From: Euglena gracilis
Taxonomy: Eukaryota
Direction of reading: 5' to 3'
Length of the DNA stretch: 64,000 nt
Assembly: GCA_039621445.1 (NCBI GenBank)
Contig: CP154954.1
Coordinates: 19,950,642-20,014,641, forward strand
Shown: piece after piece, positions 36,701-47,702 of the stretch
How positions within the stretch are numbered: the stretch's first letter is position 1
Layout: each line of letters starts with the position of its first letter
Notes under the pieces: model-generated
Told to the model about the DNA's origin: nothing
What the model saw: only the letters and a program-made list of their open reading frames with translations
Databases searched by the model: none
Translations under genes and position numbers: made by a program

Positions 36701-39700
36701 AATTTGGCATTTGTGAGACAGTTTTTTTGCTCGTTGTCAAAAATCGCCTTTTACTTTTGACCCTTCCGCAGGAAGGCTTTTTTTCGGTTCAATTTTTCAG
36801 CAAAATAATAATGGAGACCCCAAAATATGACCCTTGGGATTTTAGCAACTTACCCCAAAAGGATATTTGGGTCTTATTTATTTAGGGGGACTGCGTGACA
36901 CATGCTATTTTCCCATTTCCCAATCACGTTAGAACACAGAAGATCCCGAACATTTCGGGGCATGCCCGCAGTCATTGGCCTTCCATGCCAGCCTCCGCCC
37001 CCGCCTTCAATCGGCCCGCCCCTGCGCAGGGGAAGCACCACGTGCCGCGGATCGTCAACGCAGCAGGCACCACCCAGGGCAACACGAAGCACTGCTTCAT
37101 GGAGGACCCACTGCTGTACATGGTGGACACCCCCGGCCAGGACGGCGGGGGGGGAGGGGGGCGGGTTGGGGGCCAGGCAGGAATTAGGTGAGCGTTGGCT
37201 TTGTACAAGGGGCGGGGGGGGTCCAACCGCCCCCCCAGGGGGGGGGGGGGTGCGGACCATCCCTCTCTCCAGCAGGCAGGGGGGGGGGGTGGGATGGGGA
37301 ACCCCATAGAACCAAAATATCTTTTTCTCAGCGTTTTGCACCCCAAAACTTGTGTTTTTTATCACCCAATCTCCCCCGCCCTGCAGCCGGCCTCATGCTG
37401 CCACAGGAGGTGTTCCACACCAATGCGGAGCTGTACTTTATGTTGCGGATGATGAACAACTGCCCGGAGTTCCCCGGGCACGACCCTTATGTATGGCGCT
37501 GCCTGCGATGGCTCCTGAACTGGTCAGCTTGAGCATCAGGGCCAAGGTTTTTTTCAGCCTTTTCGCCTTTGACTCTTTAGAGAGGACCCCAACCATACCG
37601 ATGGTTCCTACCTGTTCCTCCGACCTGTTCCTGATTCCTGATTTTATTAATTTTTCACTCTCGAAAAAAGATGTCTATTTTGTTGCCTGGTGAATTTTTT
37701 TATGAAAAAAAACTCAACGATGTTTTACAAAGAGTTCAATCTCAATTGGACTCAAGAGTTTTCTTTGGCTACAGTATTTTAAACTCCATTTCCAGAAATG
37801 TTGGGCTAAAATGTGACATCTCAAAACAGCATGTTCTGAACAGATTAACCGTTTGATCTCTGGAACCCTTAAAATGGAATTCGGCTTGGAAATTCATTTT
37901 GTGCATTTTTTTTTGCTTTTCTGCGGCTTCGTGCCAAGGATTGGGATGGCAGAGTGGACCTGCAACGGCCCCCAAAACGGGCGCCTCGAACCCCCACTCC
38001 CAGATCAGTGGATACCACCAAACCGAAGGTTCTCATGTCCAGCCGGGGTAACGTTTGCACCTGCGGAATGCGCCTTCTTTCAACGCTCCACCTGATCATT
38101 CCCCTTAACTTGTCCATCCAGCCAGCCGTTTTTTTCTTTGGAACAATCTCCCGTCCGTCGCGCCTCCGCTATGCCGGCACACGCACGTCACACACGGCAC
38201 ACGCACGTCACACACGTCACACGCACGTCACACACGGCACACGCCGGCACACGCACGTCACAGGTGTTCTGCGAGTACCTCATCTGGAAGTGCCGGCGCC
38301 TCCGCTTCACGGCTTGGCTGGCCGACCTCCGCCTGCCGGACACCGCCACGGACGTCAACCTCATCCTGGACCGCCTGGACCCGGACCCCGTCCCCGAGAG
38401 GCGGCCAGGGCTGCAGCTGGAACTGGGCAGCAAAGGGTTGGTTGCTGTGGTGGGGTGGTGGGAACCACAATGTGAGTTAAGAATCTGCACCACACAATGT
38501 GGGGCATCCGACACACAGCCTGACACCCATTATGCCCACCGGGGTTGTAGGATCCTGTTTGGTACTCCCTGGGGCTTCTAAATGTTTGCAAAAAGATTTT
38601 TACTGTTTAAAGAAAAACGAGATAGTGTCGAAAATTTTGAGCTTTTTCAAAAAAAATTTGATGGTGTGTAAGCCATATGCACCTATTTTTCAGCACCAGA
38701 TATGAAATTAGTGTGTTTGCCCTGCTGTTTTATTCCCACTGGATATTCTAAATTGAGTTTCAGTGATTGGGGAAACGAAGGGGGGACCTGAAGATTAGAT
38801 GGGAAGATTTATTATGAAAAAGTTCTGCACAAAATATCTGCCAGATTTTTCCTGCCATGTTAAGGATACATCCAGAATTTCCCTGCTTTTTTTTGCAAAA
38901 AAAAACACGCTTTGTGCCAACTTTTGATATTTGGTATTCCACTCTTCTTATTCACAAGTCTCTTGATTTTTTATTTGTGAAAAGGCAAATTTTTTGTATT
39001 GCATTGTTTTGCTTGCTTTTTTTGCAAAATTTAGGTTTGTTTTCGAAATTCTGGAGGGAAAAAAACTTGTTATCACATGTTTCAAGGATTTCCATGAGGA
39101 TTCAAACGATATTTTCCTGAATGAAGATTCAGAAAATTGCAAAAAAAAATGTCAAGGTCATTTAACATTTGGTGGTTTCTCAGATGCATGATTAATTTTT
39201 TTATTTATCTTGGTGTTTGCGCTGAAAAATAATACCAGACTCCTGACCCCGTTTCCAGTAGCCCAGTGCAATGCAAAAAAGAAACACATAGCAAACAGCA
39301 GAAAACAATTAACATTTTTGCTCTTTAAACATGGGTAAGTTTTGTTGTGCTTTTTGGGGGTTATTTCATTTGTTGTTTTCCCTGTATTTTGGACCCATTT
39401 CGCATTTTGGAAGCTCTTTCCCCTCGAAGTTTGCGTTTGTTTCAATTCGACATTGTGCAGCTTTCGTTCATTCCGAGCAAATTTTCCCATGTTTTTTTTG
39501 GAGAATGTATCAAAGATGGCATTGCATTTTGTTTGTTATTTGTTCGAATATTGTCATCAAAACATTGATATTTGAACCACGGGGATAGGTTTGGCCGTCC
39601 GGGGCACACAATCACTTAGTCACTGGCCTACCCCCCTCCCCAGTGGAGTTATCATAACAGTCTGTCATACTGTCATAACTGTCATAATTGTTATGTGGCC

Positions 39701-40398
39701 AGACTAGAGGGGTTTCTGGTATCTCTGCGGTTGCCCTTTCAAAAGGGGGAAGAGTCTCTCAGCCCAGCCCTGGGACGGAGCAACCACCGCCCGCCGCTTC
39801 CATGAAATGCTGCTGGGGAAGGGCCTGGCCGGGCTCGTGTGCGACGACCTGCCTGCCCTTCCCTCCGAGGCCAGCTCCGCTCTGGCGCCGTACGAAGGGA
39901 TACTCATGTGCAAAGTGCACTTCAAACAGACAGTTGTTTTGCCCTTCATGTGTGTGTGTGTGTGTGCCAGCAGGCAGGTGAGTCTGTGCTCACCCAACTC
40001 ACCTTCCTGCACGCACATGCACACGCGCACGCACAGGCATGCACACGCACGCCTGCACAGGCATGCACATGTAGAGAAATTTTCAATCTTCTTTCTTTAA
40101 AATCAAATTGTCTTTCATCCATCGTCTTTCCATTAAAACAGCTGCGCTTCAATCAGGGCGGTTAGCCCCTCAGAATGATCACAAATGAGTCACGGGGAGG
40201 GGGGGTTGGTTGCTGGTCGGGGGCATTCCCCGCCCTTCCCCCTGCTTTACCGCCGGCCCCAGCCCCGCCGCCCCGCTGCCCGTCTTCCCCGACCGGCTCG
40301 TCCTCGCCACCGACTACGAGCCGGGCCACTTCCGCGCCATCCAGGCCGTGGACCTGCCGCAGCCCACCGGGAAGGTGCCGAAGAAGCTGCAGCGCTGA
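32119..40398 (+). CDS. RbgA/YlqF/MTG1-family circularly permuted GTPase, paralog 2; exons 32119-32234, 33052-~33172, 34761-~34880, ~36044-36167, 37030-37134, 37389-37490, 38264-38402, 39778-39889, 40263-40398
   Basis: [18 protein letters not shown]4 position THAD, G1 [12 protein letters not shown]2 AAGTT, G3 [33 protein letters not shown]; colinear with paralog 1 to the C-terminus. Confidence 0.88.
38176..38262 (+). repeat. Minisatellite (ggcacacgcacgtcacacac variants) ending at a splice acceptor
   Basis: Direct reading. Confidence 0.8.
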
Positions 40399-41113
40399 CG
40401 GGACTGTGACAGTTCCGCGGGTGTTCGATGCAACCACGCGGTCTGTGTGTCGGTTTGCGTGGCGCACGGGGTGGAAGGACCCCAGCCTGACTTCGCATCG
40501 ACGGTGTTCGAGCTGCTGGGTTGCGGAACTCAGGGTTGCAAGAACCACAGGCACCATCCAACTGCTCCGCCTTTTCCTCGTGGAAGTGACCGGTTGTTGT
40601 TCATTCCCAACATGTTGGGGAAGCGGGAGTCAGAATTCCTGAACTGAGCCAAGGTGATCCTGATCAGGGAACTGATTGGCTGGTAAGCACAATGAAGAAG
40701 AAAGTGGATACCCCAACCCAACAGTCATCATGTAATGGCCTCTGTGATTTTTCCATTGTGCTGACGTGAGGAGAAGCCCACATTTGTGTATTTTCATTCC
40801 CAAGTCATTTGATAAAGCTGGGTTTAGGAGAGAGCTTGGATCCAAGGTGTATGATGGGAAATGCTATTGTTTACACTCATCTGATGCTGTCCGTATGTTT
40901 GTTTGGGGAAACAGAAGAATGGTTTTTTGGCTCACGGGCAATCCACCCATCCATAATAAAAACCCTAATGTCACACTGTGCCCCATACATCATTGGGCCG
41001 CCGAGAAACCTGTTTCTTGCTGGAGCGCACCACCCCAACCCCATCAAACCCACCGACCCGATAAAAATCCCCACCCACCCATCTCCTTCCGCAGTTCCCG
41101 CTCTCCTTACGTA

Positions 41114-43609
41114 ATGGTGTCCAGTGAGGCAATGTCTCCCCACGAGCTGGCGACCCTGTTGGACCTGGTCAAGGCGAAACGGTCCGCCCCAGCCAGCCAT
41201 GGAGGGGTTGGGGCGGTCTCGGGAGACCCCGGCCGGTGCGCGCGCGCATGTGCGCGTGCACGCGCGACACATTCTGGTTTAGAGTTGTGGCGCATGTGCC
41301 CGGGGGCTTCGGTCCGCATTTGCGTTGCATGCGTCGGCGTTGGTGTGTTGGCGTGGAGGTTGCGCTCGACTTGACTTGAAACGGGGGTGGATTGTTTCAA
41401 AGCAGACAGTCGTCCCACGTAGATGTTGGGAGGGGGGTCCGGACACCCCACTTCCCCTCCTCGGCTGGTTCCAAAAATAGCAAAAGGTTTTCTTCCGGTG
41501 CACAGCGCTGGAAAATGAGCAAACAACGCTCATTTTTGAGCATATTGCCCATTTTTTGAATGTTTTGGTGTTTCCCCCGTAGAATATGTGCAAAAAAATT
41601 CAAGAAATCAGCACTTTTGGAATCATTTTCAAAAAAAAGCGATCAGGGATTTTTGGCCAATTTTGGCTTGGTTTCCGGGCCTTTGCCGGTCCATAAAACC
41701 AAAAATTTTCCCGGTCCCCTTCAGTTTCGAGGGGGGAGTCCGACCCCCCCCCACTACCTCCTTGTTGAGAGGGGGGTCCGGACCCCCCCCCAGTGCACAT
41801 TTTGGCGACGACTGCTCGAACATCCCTCACTGCCCCCCTCCCCCCACGCCCAACCCTGGGGCCAGTCTGACGGCGGAGGAGGCGACCCAGCACTGGCTGG
41901 ACATGGCGGTGGAGGAGGTGAACACGCAGGCCCTCGCCGCGGAGGCCAGGCTGAATTTTGAGACGAGGCTGACCCTGAGGCGGGGGGGGGGGGGCTGCCT
42001 GCGTGTAATGGACTTACACCAGAGTTGCTCACCTGGCCCAAAATCAGCAACACAAGAGCACGGGTGTAAGGGGTCCCTGGCCACGCACCACACAAACTGG
42101 GCCAGAAGCGAAGTTAGTGCCGGCCATAAACAGACAAGAACCCTTAGTGCAACCAAGGGGGGGGGTGCCTGCGTGCCTGGGTATGCCAAGTCACCCAATC
42201 GACCCCCCTTGAGGGCAGGGGGGGGGGGGTTGGGCACATTCCAGCGCCAAAGGCACTGGAAGCCCAGAAATGGTCTGTTTCGGGCACCTTTTTCCGGCCC
42301 ACGCCCAGGCAGACACAACCCCCTGGGGGGGGGGTGCCTGCCTGCCTGCCTGCCCAGGCCCTCCCCCCCCCCCGGTTGGCCAAATCCAGCCTGTCGGAGG
42401 CGGAGGTGGAGAGGCTGCGGAAGGAGCTCGCAGCGACAGCAACAAAATGGGGCCGATGTGGCGGCCAACCTGAGTGTGAGGCGGCACCAACCCCACAGGG
42501 GGGGGGGGGGGGCTGCCTCGGCGTGGGCCGGAAGTAGCCCAAAAAATGGATTTTTCCCGAGTTCAAGGCACTTGTGGCCATGTGCCCAACCCGAGGTGCT
42601 ATTGAGTTCCTGCCCCCCCCCCCAGTTTGGAGTTTGGGTGGGCTCCAGGGCACTCCGAGACCCCCCTCCAGGTGGCAGTGTTGGTCGGAGCCCCCCTCTT
42701 GTGTGGGAAGCATTCTGTTGACTGAAAGAGGTGTATATATTTGGTTTGAGCTTCCATTTTCTGCAAGTGCATATTTTTTGTTCTCAACCACGTTGGATTG
42801 GAAAGCAATGAAACAGATAAATTCTCGAGACGTGCTGTTCCATCAATGGGCTGAAACTGTGGGAGTGTGCAATGTAAATCAGCTTCCCGTTTGATCATTT
42901 TGTCATCTCAGACCCTTCACCGAAATGTGAGAGGAAATCACACAATACTAACACACAGTATTGAAAGGAAGTTGGTGTGAGCGTTCCTGGGTTGCTGTCT
43001 TTTCTTCGCATTTTTTTGTGTTTTTTTCTCAATTAGTTTTTGTCATTGCGTAGACAACGCCTTGGTCACAGACTCATCGCATCACATCATCACACCTCTG
43101 CCGGGGGGCTTTTATGGGACGAAGCCAGCTGCGCATCGCAGCAACGACAAAAGAGGGAGGGACCGGGAATGGATCGCCTACCTTGTTGCCCTGAACGAGG
43201 TCCAAGGCACTCCATACCTCTGATTGGCTGACCCTCGGCCAAGGCAGCGGCTTCCATCGTTTTTGCCTATTTTTGTTTCGCTTGACAAAAGCGCCTTTCT
43301 CTTCAGCACATCCCCACTCGATAAGATAAATTGCAACGCAGTCTTGAAGCAAAACAGGCCGGATACCCATTTTCTTTCAATCCAATCAATGAAGATTCCG
43401 GATCAGCTTGCGATTGCTCTTGTAACAAACCAACGGTTTGCATTTGATGGGTGGGTTTATGTCTGGCCAGGACAGCCGCCAGGCCGGAAACGAGGAGCTC
43501 CTTGCCAGATGACATGACACAGCATGTGGAGCGGCGGCGCACCGAAATTCTGGAGTTGGAGAAGGAGGTTGCGGAACTGGAAGCGAATATCAACCATCCT
43601 GTCGCTTGA
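41114..43609 (+). CDS. Small hypothetical coiled-coil protein; exons 41114-41181, 41866-41943, 42399-~42435, ~43510-43609
   Basis: MVSSEAMSPHELATLLDLVKAKR-LTAEEATQHWLDMAVEEVNTQALAAE-AEVERLRKELA..DMTQHVERRRTEILELEKEVAELEANINHPVA*; last junction unresolved. Confidence 0.55.
41947..42393 (+). mobile_element. MITE forming an entire predicted nonconventional intron (41944-42398)
   Basis: TIR CAGGCTG(A/G)ATTT; TSD GCGGAGGC/TCGGAGGC; removal gives QALAAEAEVERLRKEL. Confidence 0.85.
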
Positions 43610-45986
43610 AACCACCAGATGATGACCAAAGGAGCTCAGGAATTTCCGATAATTGCGCCGGATTCTTTTCCAATCGGTCAAGATGTCTAAACTCACAGAT
43701 GGCAGAACCCGCATGAGGGTAGAGGGGGTAGGGCAAGAAGGCGGTGTGGAAGGGGGATTCTCCAATTTTTGGGGGCATGGTGCAGAATAAGGTTTAGGTT
43801 TGGTTTTAGGGTCAGCATTCGGGCTTGGGTTATGAACAGATTTTGTCCATGAAACCAGCAAACAAAGCACAACACCTGAATTGAGCTTGGGTTCGCTTTG
43901 TTGTTGTTGTTTTTTTCGTTCAAAGTTGTGTGTCTATACTCCATCAGAAAACAATGTTTTTAGTGAAACCCCCCGGAGGGTCTGTTTTGGGTCCTGTTGT
44001 TGCATTTCAACCTCTTGTTGAGCTTCGGCAATGTGCTCAATTTAATGGGAATTGGACGCATAGGGTGGGGGTGGGGGCAAAAAGCCCATCACCCCCAACT
44101 CCGAGGTGGAGGGGTCAAGGTCTGGGCTGCAGCTACGGATGAGAGGGGGCAACCAACCCACTAGGGCTCCGGCCACGAATGAGGAACAGGAGGACAGAAA
44201 GATCTTGAGGGCATTTCGGGGGGATTCAGGTTGATGAGAAGGTGGATTGTTTTCTGTTACCCCCGGTTTGGGCCCGCAGGATGGCATGGGCTCCCAGGGC
44301 TGAGGGTGGCTCGGGGGGCTGCTCGTTGCTGCCAACCCGCTCCGCACTCCCTGCACCCCTCACCAGGAGCTGCTCAGAAGCGTTTTGTCCAAACCATTAT
44401 TGAGTGTGTGTGTTCCAGCCCACCACCCCCAGGGGAGGGGGTGACTTGCTTTTTTTCTTCTTCGAAAGTGACCCCCCAGACCGACCAGGGGGTGGCACTC
44501 AGGATCCATCAAAGGGTTTCCTCCCGGCACCAAAATTTTTGGCATTTTTTTGAAAAGTTTTTGCGACGTGCCATTTTGGGTCGATGGAGGTCTGGAGACT
44601 CCGGAACAAAATCGGTAATTTTGTCTTTCCGCTGTTCAGGGGGTCAGACCCCCCAGGTGACCTGCGGTCCCCTAACACTGGGCCATCCATGCATCCATGC
44701 AGCCCTTTTGGCCCCCCCCCAAATCAAAATTGGTATATTTTAAATGCAGAGCAGACCCCACCAACATTGTGCCACTCTGTTGGAACCAATCTGGTTCAGA
44801 CGTTCATCCCGGCCTTGCTGTTTGCGATGGTAAACCCTCAAGTTTTTACTTGGCAAAGGTCTCTCGGGGGGGGGGGGGATATGCTGAGCACATATTTTGC
44901 TATATTTTGCATATTTAGTGCATATTCAGGGCATATTCTGAGGGTTTCAGGATTTTCCCACTGCATATTTTGCTCGTTCCCGCTTATTTTTTTTTAAATG
45001 TTTTCTTCATCTTATTCGGGCCGTCATGAATTGCTTCCAACCATTTCAGGCCATTTACTTCCATTTTGGGGACGGATTTTCGGCCCTTTTTTTTTGCGAT
45101 TCCGGACCTTTTTTTTTTGCCATTTTGGCCAAAAATTGGTCAAAAACTGGTCTAAAACGGCCCCAAAATGGCGAAAATGGTGGGAAATGGTCCGAAAACG
45201 GCGGATCGTGGCTGGGTTTGGGCTGAAATGGCCCTAAATGGCTTGAAATGACCTGCCATTTGGGTCACCTGAATATTTCCAGTTCCGGAAGAATTGCATA
45301 TTTTCTGCATATTTAGCGCACATTCCCACATATCTAAACGCATATTTGGGGGGCTTTTGGCACATATTTCCCCTGCCCTGTTATCTGTCGCAGAAGGCTG
45401 TCAGCTTTGCTCTCAGCCTTTCGAACCGGATTTCCTTTTCCTTTTTTTTTGCATTTGCAACCAACACCATGCAGAAGGTCAATGGGGACACAGTTATGTA
45501 TGCCCATGAACTAATCCGTCGTATAAAATCATGGCAAGTTCTATTTGTGTGCGGTTTCAATGTGGCAATCCGTGCCCCAATCCAAAAAACATTTTCAGCA
45601 GCAAGCAACCAAACCCATTGAAGGCCCAGCAGTGGGTAAGAAGACAGACGACAACAGAATACCATTCCGTTGTCACCTTCCAAAAAACCCAATAAATTTC
45701 AGGTTTGGGTATTAAAAAAAATCCCCAAGCATGGCAAGCCCAGCCCGCAACGCGAAGGCCGCTTGCATGTCCAGATGAAATCAGTGGCAAGGGCCAGCAG
45801 AAAACAGGCATGCCAGGACTGCACTTCCAGGGGCCAGGACTGCACTTCCAGGGCCACGCCGGACGGGGGGGAGAAAGATACCAGGCCAGCAGTGCACAAG
45901 AAGACCCAGGCGGCGCCAGTTCCCCAAAAATCGACTCCTGGCGGGGCACAAGGGACAAAATTGCACAGTGGAAAGGAATGGTTTCC

Positions 45987-47702
45987 TCAAAAGACTATTC
46001 GGGCTTTGCACACTCCTGCTTTGTGTGCCAGCTGTTTTGTTGTCTTTGTGTTCTTCTTGGCGGGGTGCTTCTTGCTGCTTTTTGGTGCCGGAGTCGGACT
46101 CCCACGACAGAGGAAGGGGGAGGAAGGGACCAAGAGGGCGAAGCACAAGAAGATGGTGAGGTCCTGCTTTCCTTGCTGGCTGTTCTGTTCTGTGTTTGTG
46201 CGTGCGCGGGGGGTGCTTCTTACTGCGCCTTTGTTGCCGGAGTTGGCGATGATGAGGCCTCCTCCGACACCTTTGCGAAGCTGAACCGTCGTGGCCCCGC
46301 CCCCCCCCCACTCCCATGGTCGCTTGGTGGGGGGCCCCCCCCTTGATGGGGATGGTTGTCTCTTTCTGGTGTGTTCCTGGGTGGGTGGTTGGGGCTGCTT
46401 GGTTGGGGGTCCCCTTTCTGGTTGGGATGTCTTTCTTTTTCTGCTGATTTTTTGGGTGGGAGGGATGGGCTCACCATCTTCTTGTGCTTCGCCCTCTTGG
46501 TCCCTTCCTCCCCCTTCCTCTGTCGTGGGAGTCCGAGACCATTCGGGCTCCGCACTGCGAGATGGTGAGGTACTGTGCACCCCCCTTTGGGCCATAATTG
46601 TTTGAATTTTTGATACGACCCCAAGTCGCAAATAATGGGCTTGGAAGGCCCCAAAATTTTTCCACTGACCCAGCTGCTGGACTTCTTCCACTTGCAAACC
46701 AGCATTTTTCCACCATAAAACCCCAGCCCCTCTGGTGCTGTGGGGTTTCCAATGGGTGGTGTCCACCCCCCCCCCCTCTTGCAGAATTTCTCTGGTAAGG
46801 GAATTCACCCTTTCTGATGTCAAAGATCTTTTACCATCCAAAGACCATAACAAATTATTTTTGTCTCCAACCATGTGGGCTGTCCTTTCCACATATTCTT
46901 TCAATAAATGCCAGGGGCTGATGAGGGGGGTGTGTGGCAAATTCAAAATCTCCTCCCATCTTGGGAATTGCCACCCTTTCCTTTGCAATAAAATGAAATT
47001 TTTTTCTCCCACGAAACTGATTTTCCGCTGTGTTCTGGCTAAATCAACCCCCCTGTGGAGGGCCAACAGCCTCCAACAGATGATGAGTCTGTTTCTGAGC
47101 TCTTTCACAGACAGGTCTGAGAGGGGTTTGGATTTCCTGATGATGTTTTCTAAGAAATCAGTGGGGTCCCAGAAATGGGCATACTTGCAGACATTGGAAT
47201 TCCACTTCCTTTTCAATGGAGACAAAAGAGGGGAAAACCTCAATGACCCAAACCCTGGGAGTAATAAAACTGCTGCATATGCATTTCGTGCAGTGTTGAG
47301 GCTGTGGGCAGCCAGATCAAGGATGGCCTCGGCCATCTTGTGGACTGTGCAGTCCTGCAGGGGCACCCCTTTGTGCAGCAATTGGCCCATCAAAGTCCTG
47401 AAGGCTGAGTCATATCTTTTGACATTTCCCAGATTTTTTATGTAAGTATCGATACTGGACATCGAAACTTTCTGGGATTGTAATATTTGCCTGACACAAT
47501 CAAGCAGGCCAAATTCCACCTTGGGGGGGGCATCTCCTCCCCCCAGCAGTTGGTGAACAGACCCCACTGGGGGGGTACTAGCAAAACCTTGCTGCCTGGC
47601 TGCCTGATTGACATTAATTGGCGCCACCATGATGTCGAAGCCCAGTGGGGTACGATCAACAGACAAATTAGGTCTGGGTTTAACATTAATCTCTGAACCC
47701 AT
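45987..47702 (-). CDS. Tyrosine recombinase of the DIRS element (the ORF reads through the ICR/ITR and stops outside the element)
   Basis: Catalytic pattern ALHRGVDL...HSTRGAG...LGQW...AHYL. Confidence 0.92.
   Translation of the reverse strand: MGSEINVKPRPNLSVDRTPLGFDIMVAPINVNQAARQQGFASTPPVGSVHQLLGGGDAPPKVEFGLLDCVRQILQSQKVSMSSIDTYIKNLGNVKRYDSAFRTLMGQLLHKGVPLQDCTVHKMAEAILDLAAHSLNTARNAYAAVLLLPGFGSLRFSPLLSPLKRKWNSNVCKYAHFWDPTDFLENIIRKSKPLSDLSVKELRNRLIICWRLLALHRGVDLARTQRKISFVGEKNFILLQRKGWQFPRWEEILNLPHTPLISPWHLLKEYVERTAHMVGDKNNLLWSLDGKRSLTSERVNSLTREILQEGGGVDTTHWKPHSTRGAGVLWWKNAGLQVEEVQQLGQWKNFGAFQAHYLRLGVVSKIQTIMAQRGVHSTSPSRSAEPEWSRTPTTEEGGGRDQEGEAQEDGEPIPPTQKISRKRKTSQPERGPPTKQPQPPTQEHTRKRQPSPSRGGPPTKRPWEWGGGGATTVQLRKGVGGGLIIANSGNKGAVRSTPRARTNTEQNSQQGKQDLTIFLCFALLVPSSPFLCRGSPTPAPKSSKKHPAKKNTKTTKQLAHKAGVCKARIVF
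46470..46571. repeat. Internal complementary region (ICR)
   Basis: Reverse complement of 46095-46159 joined through one A (46536) to the reverse complement of 50703-50737. Confidence 0.95.
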
